A stretch of DNA of 64,000 nucleotides from an uncultured bacterium. GTDB taxonomy: Bacteria > Desulfobacterota_D > UBA1144 > Nemesobacterales > UBA2774. The stretch is from the NCBI GenBank assembly GCA_963705505.1, contig CAVPJU010000006.1:608001-672000 (forward strand), in the 5' to 3' direction. The number at the start of each line of letters is the position of its first letter. Position 1 is the stretch's first letter. A program made the translations under genes and the position numbers. The notes beneath the pieces are model-generated. The model did not search any database and was not told the origin of the DNA. It was given only the letters and a program-made list of their open reading frames with translations. This document shows positions 10,769-20,803 of the stretch, in pieces.

Positions 10769-11194
10769 TTACGCTTCCCATTCGATCCGGTATTTCTTTC
10801 CGAATACGTGAATCTCCTTTGCCGACTTATATGTGAACATATTCTCCCAGAAATGGTCTTCCGGGTCTCTTATTCCCCCATTAGCCAGCTCTTTTATGAG
10901 CGCCCAGTATTTTTCGTCTTCGGGAAGGTCAGGCAACAGATCGAAGAGTGTCGCGATGTCCGGCCTTTCCGACGGGTCTATCTTTTCCCAGCTCACCCAC
11001 TCTCTGTTCTTTTTCGATATGAATAGCTTGTCTCCCGAATTGTTGAGATGGGTCTGATTGAGCGCCCACGCCGGAATGTATTCGGTGTGGTAGTATTCGA
11101 AAGCGCTTTCGAGTATTTCGCTCCACTTGAGCGTAACAGTTTTTGCACCGGCGGATTCGGGATCTGCTAGATTTATGCCTTGCCTTTTAGCCAT
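10769..11194 (-). CDS. Hypothetical Trp-rich, acidic protein
   Basis: 141-aa ORF filling an intergenic gap, downstream of a sigma54-like promoter; no family recognised. Confidence 0.7.
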   Translation of the reverse strand: MAKRQGINLADPESAGAKTVTLKWSEILESAFEYYHTEYIPAWALNQTHLNNSGDKLFISKKNREWVSWEKIDPSERPDIATLFDLLPDLPEDEKYWALIKELANGGIRDPEDHFWENMFTYKSAKEIHVFGKKYRIEWEA

Positions 11195-11306
11195 CTGGGT
11201 CTTCCAAACTCAGGAGTCTGCTTCTCTCTCTTTTTAAAAGAATTAATTGCTGTGATTATCCGTTAGAGCCACTGAGCTTATTTATAAAATATCCTAAATT
11301 AATTGG

Positions 11307-11322
11307 AGCAAAATCCATGCCA
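11307..11322 (-). promoter_or_regulatory. Sigma54 (-24/-12) promoter
   Basis: Minus strand reads TGGCATGGATTTTGCT (GG-N10-GC), about 110 bp upstream of ORF 11194, followed by an AT-rich stretch. Confidence 0.7.
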
Positions 11323-11494
11323 TAACATGTCGAGTGCGTAACCGACCAAAACCCCTGCTTTTTTTTGTATTTCAGTCGAATATCTCTCTAAATTATTACA
11401 ATTTTCGTCATTTGTATAACCAAATCATGGAATTTAATTAAACAAGTGATTCGCTAAGTAGTCCGGAGGGAGGTGTATGAGAGGGCAATGAATT

Positions 11495-12439
11495 TTAAAG
11501 AATCTTAGATGAAGTGACGGGATTTTTTTCTTCCTTCCCATTCTTTTCCAGTATGCTCCTGACCCAGCCGACTATGGTGTCGGAAGCAGCTTCGGGGTTC
11601 TCCATGCAGTCGTGTTTCGCGTCAGGTATATGTTTGACTTCAACCGAGCTGTTGCCCGCTTCGATTGCCAGCCGGGCAAGCTCACCGCTCTCCCAGGTTT
11701 CCAGAATATCGTCGTTCTGACCCTGAAGAAAAAGTATTGGGATTTTCACTTGGGGAATGACAACATAGGTTTTGGCATTCCTCGCTTCGGGGCTTCTCAT
11801 AAACCACCATGTCTTGTAAGTGTAAATTTCGTTATGAAAAGGGCTGAACGTATCGCCCCAGGCTCTGTTTACTAAAAAGATCTGGTCCTCGGCGCTTGTG
11901 ATCGGAGCAGGACCCAGCACTTCGCCCGCCTTTTTATATACTTCGTCATAAGGCGGGACGCTCTTCCACCTGTCCCACCTCCTTTTCTGGGAGTCGGGCA
12001 GTGAGTATGCGCAGCCTTCCATTATCAATCCCCTGACGGTGCTTTCAGGTTTATTCGCGGCATAGAAAGCGACCAGATTTGCCCCCAGGCTGAACCCCAG
12101 GATGAAGATATTGGCGAAACCCTCTTTCTTGAGGAACTCCGCTGCGGCCTCGATATCGTACCCGGCCAGGTCGAATATAGCGTTTCCGAATATTTGTCCC
12201 AGGTGAGCCATCCTGGTATTTATCGAAAATGAATTAATGCCGCGCTCCGTCAGTATCTGGGGGAGCTGCCTCGGCGTACCCCGCGCGAGGAAATGCCCTA
12301 ACACACCGTGGACCATGATTATTATGGGAGTATTATAAAGGTCTTCCGGTTTTTCGTACTCCCCTGTAACAAGGAGTGAATGGATTAAAAAATCATCTTT
12401 TGACTTGATACTTATGAGTTTGCGCTGTCTCTTGACCAT
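11495..12439 (-). CDS. Alpha/beta hydrolase
   Basis: HGVLG oxyanion region, GFSLG nucleophile, QGQNDD acid, DAKH histidine. Confidence 0.85.
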   Translation of the reverse strand: MVKRQRKLISIKSKDDFLIHSLLVTGEYEKPEDLYNTPIIIMVHGVLGHFLARGTPRQLPQILTERGINSFSINTRMAHLGQIFGNAIFDLAGYDIEAAAEFLKKEGFANIFILGFSLGANLVAFYAANKPESTVRGLIMEGCAYSLPDSQKRRWDRWKSVPPYDEVYKKAGEVLGPAPITSAEDQIFLVNRAWGDTFSPFHNEIYTYKTWWFMRSPEARNAKTYVVIPQVKIPILFLQGQNDDILETWESGELARLAIEAGNSSVEVKHIPDAKHDCMENPEAASDTIVGWVRSILEKNGKEEKNPVTSSKIL

Positions 12440-12440
12440 T

Positions 12441-13365
12441 TTAGCGGGGAACTACTTTGGATCCGAATCTTCTGTCCAGCCACTTTTTTATGACCTCGCC
12501 CAATTCTTCCTCTTTCCCGTCGAAATTGTGATTTGCATCCAGATAAAATGCGGTCACATCGCGGTTGCCCGCTTGCTCAGCTATTTGCGCGAGGTTTTGA
12601 GCTTCCTTCGGCCTGAGCTCATCATCTTCCCGCCCCTGGATGAGCAGTATGGGAATTCTTATCTTGGAAATGTGCTTGAAACACTTTGCCGCCTCAGCTT
12701 CCGGTCCCGCGAGGTACCACCACGTCTTGTAAGTGTAAAGCTCCGTATGTTCGGGGTTGAGAGTATCTCCGCGGGCTTTGTAAATGATGACCGTACGGTC
12801 TTCCGATGAGACGTGAGGGTCCGGCTTGAGCGTTTCTTTTACTCCTTCTGTAAATCTCGTCATACGAAGGGTTGCTCCCCCATTTGTTCCATCTGCCTCG
12901 AATCGTGTCAGGTGTGGAATAGGGCGTGGAAAGAGCGATAACCCCCTTGAGGCTTGTGAATACGGACGGGTCGCTGCGCAGTGATAGATATCTAAGGACT
13001 ATGCTGCTGCCGAGGCTGTATCCGGATAGTATAATTTTGGAATAACCCATGTTCTTCAGATATACGATTGCGGTGTCTATCTGGGGGATCGTGTCATCGA
13101 TAATCCCGTAGCCGAAAAAAAGGCCGAAAGTCGCCATTCTGGTATTGATGGATAATGAAGAGTAGCCGGCTTCGGCCAGCATGGGCGGCAGATAGCGCTG
13201 GCTCCCGTCGAGGAAATTCCCGAGAAAGCCGTGGATATGTATGATGACGGGCTCTTTCTCCGGCCTGCCTGAGTGGGGGAGGCTTCTGTAAAATAGTGCA
13301 TCGATTTTGCCGTCCCCGTACGGAATCGAAAGAAGTTCCTGCTCGACTGTATCTTGGTTATTCAT
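12441..13365 (-). pseudogene. Alpha/beta hydrolase split by a 1-nt frameshift near 12845 (pseudogene, assembly error or recoding)
   Basis: The N-terminal part (HGFLG, GYSLG, ...PSYDEIY) and C-terminal part (VKETLKP...YTYKTWW...QGREDD...ANH) lie in different frames but together align end to end with the paralog at 11495-12439. Confidence 0.8.
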
Positions 13366-13384
13366 GGTTATCCTGAGAGAGTCC

Positions 13385-14743
13385 CTAAAAAGTTATAACC
13401 GCCTCATTGGTATCGGCATTCAAGTCTATTTGACCTGCTTTCCTGTTTGTCTCTATTTTAGTCTTCGCGGATAATTTGATGAGCTCCGGTGAGGGTTTTA
13501 AAGTGATTTTTTTGACGTTATCCGCGTCGACCCTGATGCCGCTATTCCCCGCAACCCCCACCTGAATCCGTACAGGCTGAGTCACTTCGAAGGGCATGAA
13601 TTCGGCCCAGTATATTTGATTTTTAAATATTCCGAAAGGGGCCGTATAGTAAATGTTTTCCGGATATTTATTACGCTTGAATTTGCCGAACCAGTCAAAC
13701 ACGTTCGGGAGGTCTTCATCGACCGTGAGCCACGTATGCCCTTCATTGGGATAATAATTGAACTTCACCGGGGCGCCTAACTTCTCGACTATCTCGTGCA
13801 GCACGATTCCGTCGTCTGCCGGCACGGCTTCGTCGCCTCCGCCGTGGGAGATATACATGGGCGTATTTGCCAGGTTCGACAGCATCCTCTGAGGGAAGTC
13901 GAGGGTCGCTAAAAATTTCCTGAGGTCACCCGGGTTCATGTTATTGATTTTATCTTTGTAGTATCTGAGCCTGTACGGTCCGAACACGACTGCTGACGCC
14001 GCAATCAGGTCAGGGAAGTACATTGATACGAGCAGAGCCTCAAGACCCCCGTTTGACATGCCCGTTACATAAATCCGGTCTTCATCGATCGTGAATCTTT
14101 CTTTTACGTCGTTTATCAGCTCTGAGAATATATTCAGTTTTCCCTGTCTTATATAATCTCCTCCCAGATCCGGAGACGGCATTATGCCGATGTAACCGTA
14201 CTTGCGGCAAAACGAATCTATTTCCTGGGACTTTATGTAGTTGTTGAGGCATATGACAGCCGGAAGAGGCTCGCCGTCACGCGTTTCCGGCAATACATAA
14301 TAGAGATCGAAATTCCTTTTATATCTCTCGGACGTGAATATGCTATGTTTGATGCCTCTTCCCTCGAGGGAGAACTTATGCCTTTCCGGGTCGTCTTTCT
14401 GAAGGAGGTTGCCTTTTTCACCCACATATACGATCGAGTTCGCGCCCCCGGCGGTATCCGGGTTCAGGTCGGGGTTATTGGGGTCGGTTATCCAGCTTCC
14501 GTCTATTATGTATTTGTAGTCATACGACCTGTTTGGCGCGAGCTTGAGTATCACGCGCCAGACGTTGTCGCTCCCCTTGGCGAGTCTCACCGTTCCGTGC
14601 TTCCAGCCGTTAAAATCCCCCGATAGAAAGACCTCTCTTGACCCCGGCGCATAGTAGCTGAACAGGATTCCTTCATCAACCTGCTCGGGTTTCGTCGCCC
14701 ACCTGCCTTCGTACTGTTTGACGTTCTTATTCTCCCCTGCCAT
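13385..14743 (-). CDS. CBM48/AMPK-type glycogen-binding domain fused to a serine esterase/peptidase domain
   Basis: N-terminal VFLSGDFNGW...YDYKYIIDGSWITDPNNP; C-terminal GMSNGG, GGGDEAVP, GHTW triad. Start placed at the ATG behind AGAGGAGA. Confidence 0.82.
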   Translation of the reverse strand: MAGENKNVKQYEGRWATKPEQVDEGILFSYYAPGSREVFLSGDFNGWKHGTVRLAKGSDNVWRVILKLAPNRSYDYKYIIDGSWITDPNNPDLNPDTAGGANSIVYVGEKGNLLQKDDPERHKFSLEGRGIKHSIFTSERYKRNFDLYYVLPETRDGEPLPAVICLNNYIKSQEIDSFCRKYGYIGIMPSPDLGGDYIRQGKLNIFSELINDVKERFTIDEDRIYVTGMSNGGLEALLVSMYFPDLIAASAVVFGPYRLRYYKDKINNMNPGDLRKFLATLDFPQRMLSNLANTPMYISHGGGDEAVPADDGIVLHEIVEKLGAPVKFNYYPNEGHTWLTVDEDLPNVFDWFGKFKRNKYPENIYYTAPFGIFKNQIYWAEFMPFEVTQPVRIQVGVAGNSGIRVDADNVKKITLKPSPELIKLSAKTKIETNRKAGQIDLNADTNEAVITF

Positions 14744-15105
14744 AGCAATCTCTCCTCTGAAAGTTATAGACTCGCTGATACAGAGACATTTTGCTAAATG
14801 TATAGTAAAGTCAAGCAAATTGTCATAAGTTTTTTAGGATATATTCGTTTTTCGTCTTCATTCGAACACGAATGTATGAATCCCGGTCCTGAAACGAGAA
14901 GATATTTTATAATATCGACATGACTTTTGAAAGACGGGGATCGAGCCTTATATTGACGGAGCTTCCATTCGTCAGTTAGCCGGCGCTCTCCCGTCATCTA
15001 CTCCGAATAAACCTTGTCAGCCACAGAAGCGGCTCGGGAGGGGGCCCTCCCGGCATGTAAATTTACGGTATATTTAACCGTGGCGTTTTTTTACGCCCGC
15101 GGTAA

Positions 15106-16215
15106 ATGGTACAGGATATGACTGAAAACTTACCTGAATCGCTCAGACAATTCACGGACAGCTCCCGCCCGAAAGAGCTCCGGTTAACGGCGGCCCGGGG
15201 ATTGGTGCCCGCAACACCGAAGGACCTCACCCTGATTCTCTACTTTCTTACTCTGGATGAGGACCAGGATGTCGCCGGAGAAGCGCATAAGACCCTGAAT
15301 GGAATGCCCCCCGATGTCGTTTCGACTGTGCTTGCCGACACCGGCACACACCCGGGGCTGCTCGATTATTTTGCGCGGATACTTGAGGATGAAAACAAGC
15401 TTCAGCGTATCGCCCTGAATAACTCTACAACGGACGTCACCGTCGCTTATATAGCTGAGCATACTCACTCCCAGAGCTTGATAGGGCTCATAGCGAACAA
15501 TCACGAGAGAGTCGTGCGTTCCGCGGAAATAGTGGAGTCTTTGAGCAGGAATCAGGCTGTCACACGTTCCACCCTCGACGGAGTACTTGAATTCTTAAAA
15601 CTGTATCTCGGCAAGAAGTTCGGCATGCCCGACCTGTCCGTGAAAGACATTGAAACGGTGCCGGACACGGATGATACCCCTCAATACGCTCCCGAATTGA
15701 TCGAAGGGATTGAGGAGTCGTTCCTCGACGATATCGATCTCGATAGCGAGCTTATTGAAGAGACGGAGGAAGAGGAACAGCATGCGCCTGAGGTGCACAA
15801 TCAGGCTGTTATGGTCAAGATAAGCATGCTGAATATCGGCCAGAAAATAAAGCTTTCCATATTGGGCAACAGGGAGGCCAGGACTATATTGATAAAGGAC
15901 CCGAACAGGATCGTCTCGAAAGCAGTGCTCAAGAACCCGAGGCTCACGGATAGCGAAATCGTGCTGATATCTCAATCCAAGATCGTCAACGAGGAGATAC
16001 TTCGGGAGATTGCCGAGAGCAGGAGATGGGCGAGGCTGTATCAGGTCAAACTGTCTCTTGTAAATAACCCGAAGACGCCCCCTCACATATCGATAAATTT
16101 GATAAGGCAGCTAAGGGATCTTGATCTCCGGAACCTGAGATGGAATAAGAATCTGCCGGGTGTGATTACAACCGTTGTAAAACAGATAATGCGGGAAAAG
16201 AGAGACAAAAAATAA
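15106..16215 (+). CDS. Conserved hypothetical alpha-helical repeat protein with acidic linker
   Basis: Repeated (L/V)xNPx(T/L) units and an Asp/Glu-rich centre; long ORF co-oriented with rluD. Confidence 0.7.
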   Translation: MVQDMTENLPESLRQFTDSSRPKELRLTAARGLVPATPKDLTLILYFLTLDEDQDVAGEAHKTLNGMPPDVVSTVLADTGTHPGLLDYFARILEDENKLQRIALNNSTTDVTVAYIAEHTHSQSLIGLIANNHERVVRSAEIVESLSRNQAVTRSTLDGVLEFLKLYLGKKFGMPDLSVKDIETVPDTDDTPQYAPELIEGIEESFLDDIDLDSELIEETEEEEQHAPEVHNQAVMVKISMLNIGQKIKLSILGNREARTILIKDPNRIVSKAVLKNPRLTDSEIVLISQSKIVNEEILREIAESRRWARLYQVKLSLVNNPKTPPHISINLIRQLRDLDLRNLRWNKNLPGVITTVVKQIMREKRDKK

Positions 16216-16249
16216 AATTCCGCCACGGACACCCTGACCGTAGTATGCG

Positions 16250-17215
16250 ATGATCGAAGAGGCAAAAACTGAAACCTTTCTTATCCCCCCGGGCCTGTCC
16301 GGCAAAAGGGCGGATGTGGTACTCTCCCGATTCCTGCCCGGCCACACGCGTTCTCAGATAAAAAGACTGATCGCCGAAAAACATGTTTTAGTGGATGGGG
16401 AGCCTATCAAGCCGTCAAAGAAATTCGACGGGGGCGAAGTGGTGCGGGTTACTCTGCCGGCGCCCGAGCCTATGGATGCGGAGCCCGAGGATATACCCGT
16501 TAATATTCTTTACGAGGATGATTATATAGCCGTCGTTGACAAGCCGCCGGGGATGACGGTTCACCCCGGCGCCGGTGTCAGGAGCGGGACACTCGTAAAC
16601 GCGCTCCTCTTCAAATGCAAAAACCTTTCAGGCATAGGGGGGAAGATCAGGCCCGGAATAGTACACCGTCTGGACAAGGATACCTCGGGGGTTATGGTCG
16701 TGGCGAAAAACGATTTGTCACATAACTCGCTCGTTAATCAGTTTAAAACGAGGTCAGTTCAAAAGAAATACCTGGCAATAGTCGAGGGCAATGTAAAGAA
16801 GGAATCGGGTACGTTTTCCTCGAAGATAGGAAGACACCCCGCGGACAGAAAGAAGATGTCTTCAAAAGCTAAATCCGGAAGGGAATCGCTTACGCTCTGG
16901 AAAGTGGTGAAGAGGTTTAAAGACGCGACACTCGTCGAGGCGGCACCTAAAACAGGAAGGACTCACCAGATAAGGGTTCATTTCTCGGAGAACGGCTATC
17001 CTATACTGGCGGACGCTGTTTACGGCCATAAGAAACAGAAATCACCTACGTTAAATCTTGCCGCAAAGAAAGTAGGGAGGCAGGCGCTCCATGCCTCAAA
17101 AATCGGCTTTCTGCATCCTCATACTCGGGAGTTCGTTGAATTCACGGCTCCGCTTCCCGGCGACATGAATGATGCCCTTAACATTCTCGCTGAATCCGGG
17201 GAAAATAATCTATAA
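16250..17215 (+). CDS. rluD: RluA/RluD-family pseudouridine synthase with S4 domain
   Basis: RPGIVHRLDKDTSG, TGRTHQIRVH, RQALHA; adjacent to pgeF. Confidence 0.92.
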   Translation: MIEEAKTETFLIPPGLSGKRADVVLSRFLPGHTRSQIKRLIAEKHVLVDGEPIKPSKKFDGGEVVRVTLPAPEPMDAEPEDIPVNILYEDDYIAVVDKPPGMTVHPGAGVRSGTLVNALLFKCKNLSGIGGKIRPGIVHRLDKDTSGVMVVAKNDLSHNSLVNQFKTRSVQKKYLAIVEGNVKKESGTFSSKIGRHPADRKKMSSKAKSGRESLTLWKVVKRFKDATLVEAAPKTGRTHQIRVHFSENGYPILADAVYGHKKQKSPTLNLAAKKVGRQALHASKIGFLHPHTREFVEFTAPLPGDMNDALNILAESGENNL

Positions 17216-17218
17216 GTT

Positions 17219-17902
17219 ATGGCCTGGATGAAATCAAAAATACTGTCGTCGCTTCCCGGTGTGGTACACGGCTTTGCCGACAGGGGCGTCAAGGGAGACC
17301 CGGCTGAAATTGCCGGGTATTTCGGGCTCTCCGGCATTGCGCGGTTGAATCAGGTTCACGGAAGAGATGTCTTTGTGCTCAAGGACAAGGCCGCCGGGGG
17401 AGGGAAGCTTTCGGACGGTGACGCGATCGTAACGGGTTTGAGGGGTATCGGCATCGGCATTTCGACCGCTGATTGCGTACCGATTCTCCTTGCCGATAAT
17501 GAGGGGAATATAGCGGCTGCGGTACATGCGGGATGGCGCGGGACACTGTCCCGGATATTGGACGCTACGCTTGAGAAAATCAATGCAGGCTATGGCCTCA
17601 CGCCCTCTCATTTGAGCGCGGTTATAGGCCCTTCCATCGGGAAATGCTGTTACGAGGTTGGCGACGAAGTCGCCTCTCTCTTCAGAGACGGGTTCGATTA
17701 CTGGAGCGAATACCTAATATCGACAGATGGTTGCAAATATATGCTCGACCTGCCCGGGGCCAACAGGAAGGCGCTTGAGGAGGCGGGTGTGCCGAATATC
17801 GAAGTCCTCGATATCTGCACCAAGTGTAATCAGAATTTTTACTCCTACAGAAGGGAGGGGAAGGGGGTCGGGAGCCAGCTTAGTTTGATAGGTTTTATTT
17901 AG
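17219..17902 (+). CDS. pgeF: PgeF/YfiH laccase-domain protein
   Basis: NQVHG, TADCVPIL, HAGWRG, IGPSIGKCCYEVG, FYSYRR. Confidence 0.92.
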   Translation: MAWMKSKILSSLPGVVHGFADRGVKGDPAEIAGYFGLSGIARLNQVHGRDVFVLKDKAAGGGKLSDGDAIVTGLRGIGIGISTADCVPILLADNEGNIAAAVHAGWRGTLSRILDATLEKINAGYGLTPSHLSAVIGPSIGKCCYEVGDEVASLFRDGFDYWSEYLISTDGCKYMLDLPGANRKALEEAGVPNIEVLDICTKCNQNFYSYRREGKGVGSQLSLIGFI

Positions 17903-17989
17903 GGTATTCCGAAAAAGTGTTATATTTTTTGACTGGGTATAATATCGGGGAAATCTCGCGAAAATATAAATCTAAGATTGGAGGCAAGA

Positions 17990-18424
17990 ATGCTTCAGAT
18001 TATGTGCTGGGTCGATTCGGAAGACTACTGGTATCTGCATTCTCTGAATGAAACGAATCAGAGCCTGGATTATTACGGGTATAAATTCGAGATAGAAGGG
18101 GGCACAGAGGGGATCGGGACGAGCGTTGTGAGGCTGCTTATAATCGAGTTTATAAGTGCGAAAATGACGGTAGGGTTCGTTACGCCGGGGAATTTTAAAC
18201 TGGAGGACAGTGACTTAACACTCAGGTTCATTTCGCACGAGGAACCTACGAAAGATGTCCCGGTATTATGCAAGATTTCCGATGAAACCAAACGCGCGTC
18301 CTACATGGGCGATGACCAGGAGAAAATCGAATATATAGGCTTTACGCTCGAAAAGTTTTATGAGAGTCATAATGCCAAGTTTTACCTCCACGATTTGAGG
18401 CCCCCTTCGGAGCATAAAGGGTGA
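17990..18424 (+). CDS. Hypothetical protein
   Basis: ORF with GGAGG RBS before ATG 17990; no family recognised. Confidence 0.7.
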   Translation: MLQIMCWVDSEDYWYLHSLNETNQSLDYYGYKFEIEGGTEGIGTSVVRLLIIEFISAKMTVGFVTPGNFKLEDSDLTLRFISHEEPTKDVPVLCKISDETKRASYMGDDQEKIEYIGFTLEKFYESHNAKFYLHDLRPPSEHKG

Positions 18425-18563
18425 TGTTCGCTCCATGAATAATAGCTTATTTCGGGGACTGCTTTTTCTTTAAGAGGAAAAAATCCCCGGGAAAATTGTA
18501 TCTCTATTAAATCTGAATTCTAATATCCGAGACTATTGAGCTTAATTGGAGGAATAACGAATT

Positions 18564-19772
18564 ATGAGCAGAACTGACAAAATCGTTTTGGCTTATTCAG
18601 GCGGCCTGGACACATCCGTGATTCTCACATGGCTCGCCGAGAAATACGACGCGGAGATAATTGCATTTGTCGCCGACCTCGGTCAGGGCGAAGACCTTGA
18701 AGCGGCGAGGGAAAAAGCGTTAACGACAGGCGCGAGCAAGGTTTATATCGAGGATTTGAGGGAAGAGTTCGTACGCGATTTCGTTTATACGGCGATAAAG
18801 TCGAGCGCTGTTTATGAGGGCAGCTACCTTCTGGGGACTTCTCTCGCCCGGCCCCTCATAGCGAAAAAGCAGATCGAGATTGCAAAGAAAGAGAACGCTT
18901 TCGCAGTATCGCACGGCGCAACGGGGAAAGGGAATGACCAGGTGCGTTTTGAGCTCACTTATTATGCCCTCGACCCGGCGATTAAAGTCATAGCGCCCTG
19001 GAGGGAGTGGGATTTGAACTCCAGGAGCTCGCTCATCGAATACGCCGAAAAACACGGGATACCTGTACCTGTTACTCAGCAAAAACCGTACAGCTGCGAC
19101 AGGAACCTTCTCCACATAAGCTACGAGGGGGGGATACTCGAAGACCCGTGGTCAGAACCCCCTGAAAGCATGTTCGAGATGACCGTATCGCCTGAGAGGG
19201 CGCCCGCTGAGCCGGTTTATATAGACATAGAATTTGACAAGGGGGTTCCGAGGAAGGTCGACGGCAAGGAACTCGGCCCTGTGGATCTCCTCACCGCCCT
19301 CAATAAAATAGGCGGGGCAAACGGCGTGGGCAGGGTAGATCTCGTGGAGAACAGGTTCGTCGGTATGAAGTCCCGCGGGGTCTATGAAACACCCGGGGGC
19401 ACTATACTCCACGCCGCTCACAGGGCGCTTGAATCCATAACCATGGACAGGGAGGTCATGCACCTGAGGGATTCGCTCATCCCCAAGATCTCGGAGCTCA
19501 TATACTACGGCTTCTGGTATTCTCCGGAAATGGATATGCTCAAAGCGGCGGTAGAGGAATCTCAGAAGAATGTGACCGGGACCATAAGGCTCAAGATATA
19601 CAAGGGCAATATAATCATGGCGGGGAGGCGATCCCCTTATTCGCTTTATAAAGAAGACCTGGCTACGTTCGAGAAAGACAGTATTTATAACCAGGCGGAC
19701 GCGACGGGCTTTATAAAATTAAACGCGCTCAGGCTTTCTGTCCGCAAGCTCCTTGAAAAGAAGGGACGGTAA
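18564..19772 (+). CDS. argG: Argininosuccinate synthase
   Basis: [35 protein letters not shown]. Confidence 0.98.
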   Translation: MSRTDKIVLAYSGGLDTSVILTWLAEKYDAEIIAFVADLGQGEDLEAAREKALTTGASKVYIEDLREEFVRDFVYTAIKSSAVYEGSYLLGTSLARPLIAKKQIEIAKKENAFAVSHGATGKGNDQVRFELTYYALDPAIKVIAPWREWDLNSRSSLIEYAEKHGIPVPVTQQKPYSCDRNLLHISYEGGILEDPWSEPPESMFEMTVSPERAPAEPVYIDIEFDKGVPRKVDGKELGPVDLLTALNKIGGANGVGRVDLVENRFVGMKSRGVYETPGGTILHAAHRALESITMDREVMHLRDSLIPKISELIYYGFWYSPEMDMLKAAVEESQKNVTGTIRLKIYKGNIIMAGRRSPYSLYKEDLATFEKDSIYNQADATGFIKLNALRLSVRKLLEKKGR

Positions 19773-19783
19773 GCTCTACGTCC

Positions 19784-20791
19784 ATGAAGACCTCTGACTT
19801 CGATTACCATCTTCCGGAGGAAAGGATTGCATACCGCCCTGAGTCTCAAAGACAAAATTCCAGGCTGATGGTGCTCGACAGGAAAAAGGGGGAAATAACC
19901 CACAGGAGGTTCTTCGAGCTTCCCGGTTTGTTAAACCCGGGCGATCTTCTTGTCCTGAATAATACGAAGGTGTTTCCTGCAAGGCTCTACGGGAAAAAGA
20001 AAACGGGGGACAGGGCAGAAATTCTGCTCGTCGAGAAGCTCGACGAAAAGGCGTGGAAGTGCATGGTCAGGGGTCCGAGGCAGGGACTTGAAATCGATTT
20101 TGAAGCAGGACTCTCGGGAAAGCTCTTCAGGGATGACGGGGGCGGATGGATTATCGAGTTTAACGGAGCCGCAGACTCATATATAGAGAATTCGGGCAGG
20201 ATGCCGCTTCCCCCGTACATAAAGCGGGAGCCGGACGAGGAGGACAGGATTTCTTACCAGACGGTCTATGCCGAGATACCGGGGGCTATAGCCGCGCCGA
20301 CAGCGGGCCTTCATTTCACGCCCGAGATTATGAGCGAGGTTAAACGCAGGGGAGTCGGGATAGCATATGTTACACTCCATGTCGGTATCGGCACATTTCA
20401 GCCCGTAAAAACGGAATTTGTCCGGGAGCACGAGATGCACGCCGAGTTCCGTGAGATACCCCGTGAAACGGCAGAAGCAGTCAACGGTGCGAAAGCCGGA
20501 GGAGGAAGGGTCATTGCGGTCGGAACGACGGTGCTGAGGACGCTCGAGTCCTCGGTAAACGAAGCGGGTGACGTAATACCGTGCAAAGGCCGGACCGGCC
20601 TCTTTATTCTCCCAGGGTACGGATTCAAGGCCGTTGATGCGCTGATCACGAATTTTCATCTTCCGCGCTCGACGCTACTGATGCTGGTCTCGGCGTTTGC
20701 GGGCCGGGAGTTCATTTTCAGAGCATATAAAGAAGCATTAGACGGGGAGTACAGGTTCCTCAGCTACGGGGATGCCATGTTTATAAATTAA
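19784..20791 (+). CDS. queA: SAM:tRNA ribosyltransferase-isomerase
   Basis: PLPPYIKR, AAPTAGLHFT, TNFHLPRSTL, YRFLSYGDAM. Confidence 0.97.
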   Translation: MKTSDFDYHLPEERIAYRPESQRQNSRLMVLDRKKGEITHRRFFELPGLLNPGDLLVLNNTKVFPARLYGKKKTGDRAEILLVEKLDEKAWKCMVRGPRQGLEIDFEAGLSGKLFRDDGGGWIIEFNGAADSYIENSGRMPLPPYIKREPDEEDRISYQTVYAEIPGAIAAPTAGLHFTPEIMSEVKRRGVGIAYVTLHVGIGTFQPVKTEFVREHEMHAEFREIPRETAEAVNGAKAGGGRVIAVGTTVLRTLESSVNEAGDVIPCKGRTGLFILPGYGFKAVDALITNFHLPRSTLLMLVSAFAGREFIFRAYKEALDGEYRFLSYGDAMFIN

Positions 20792-20803
20792 ACGGGGGTT
20801 GCA

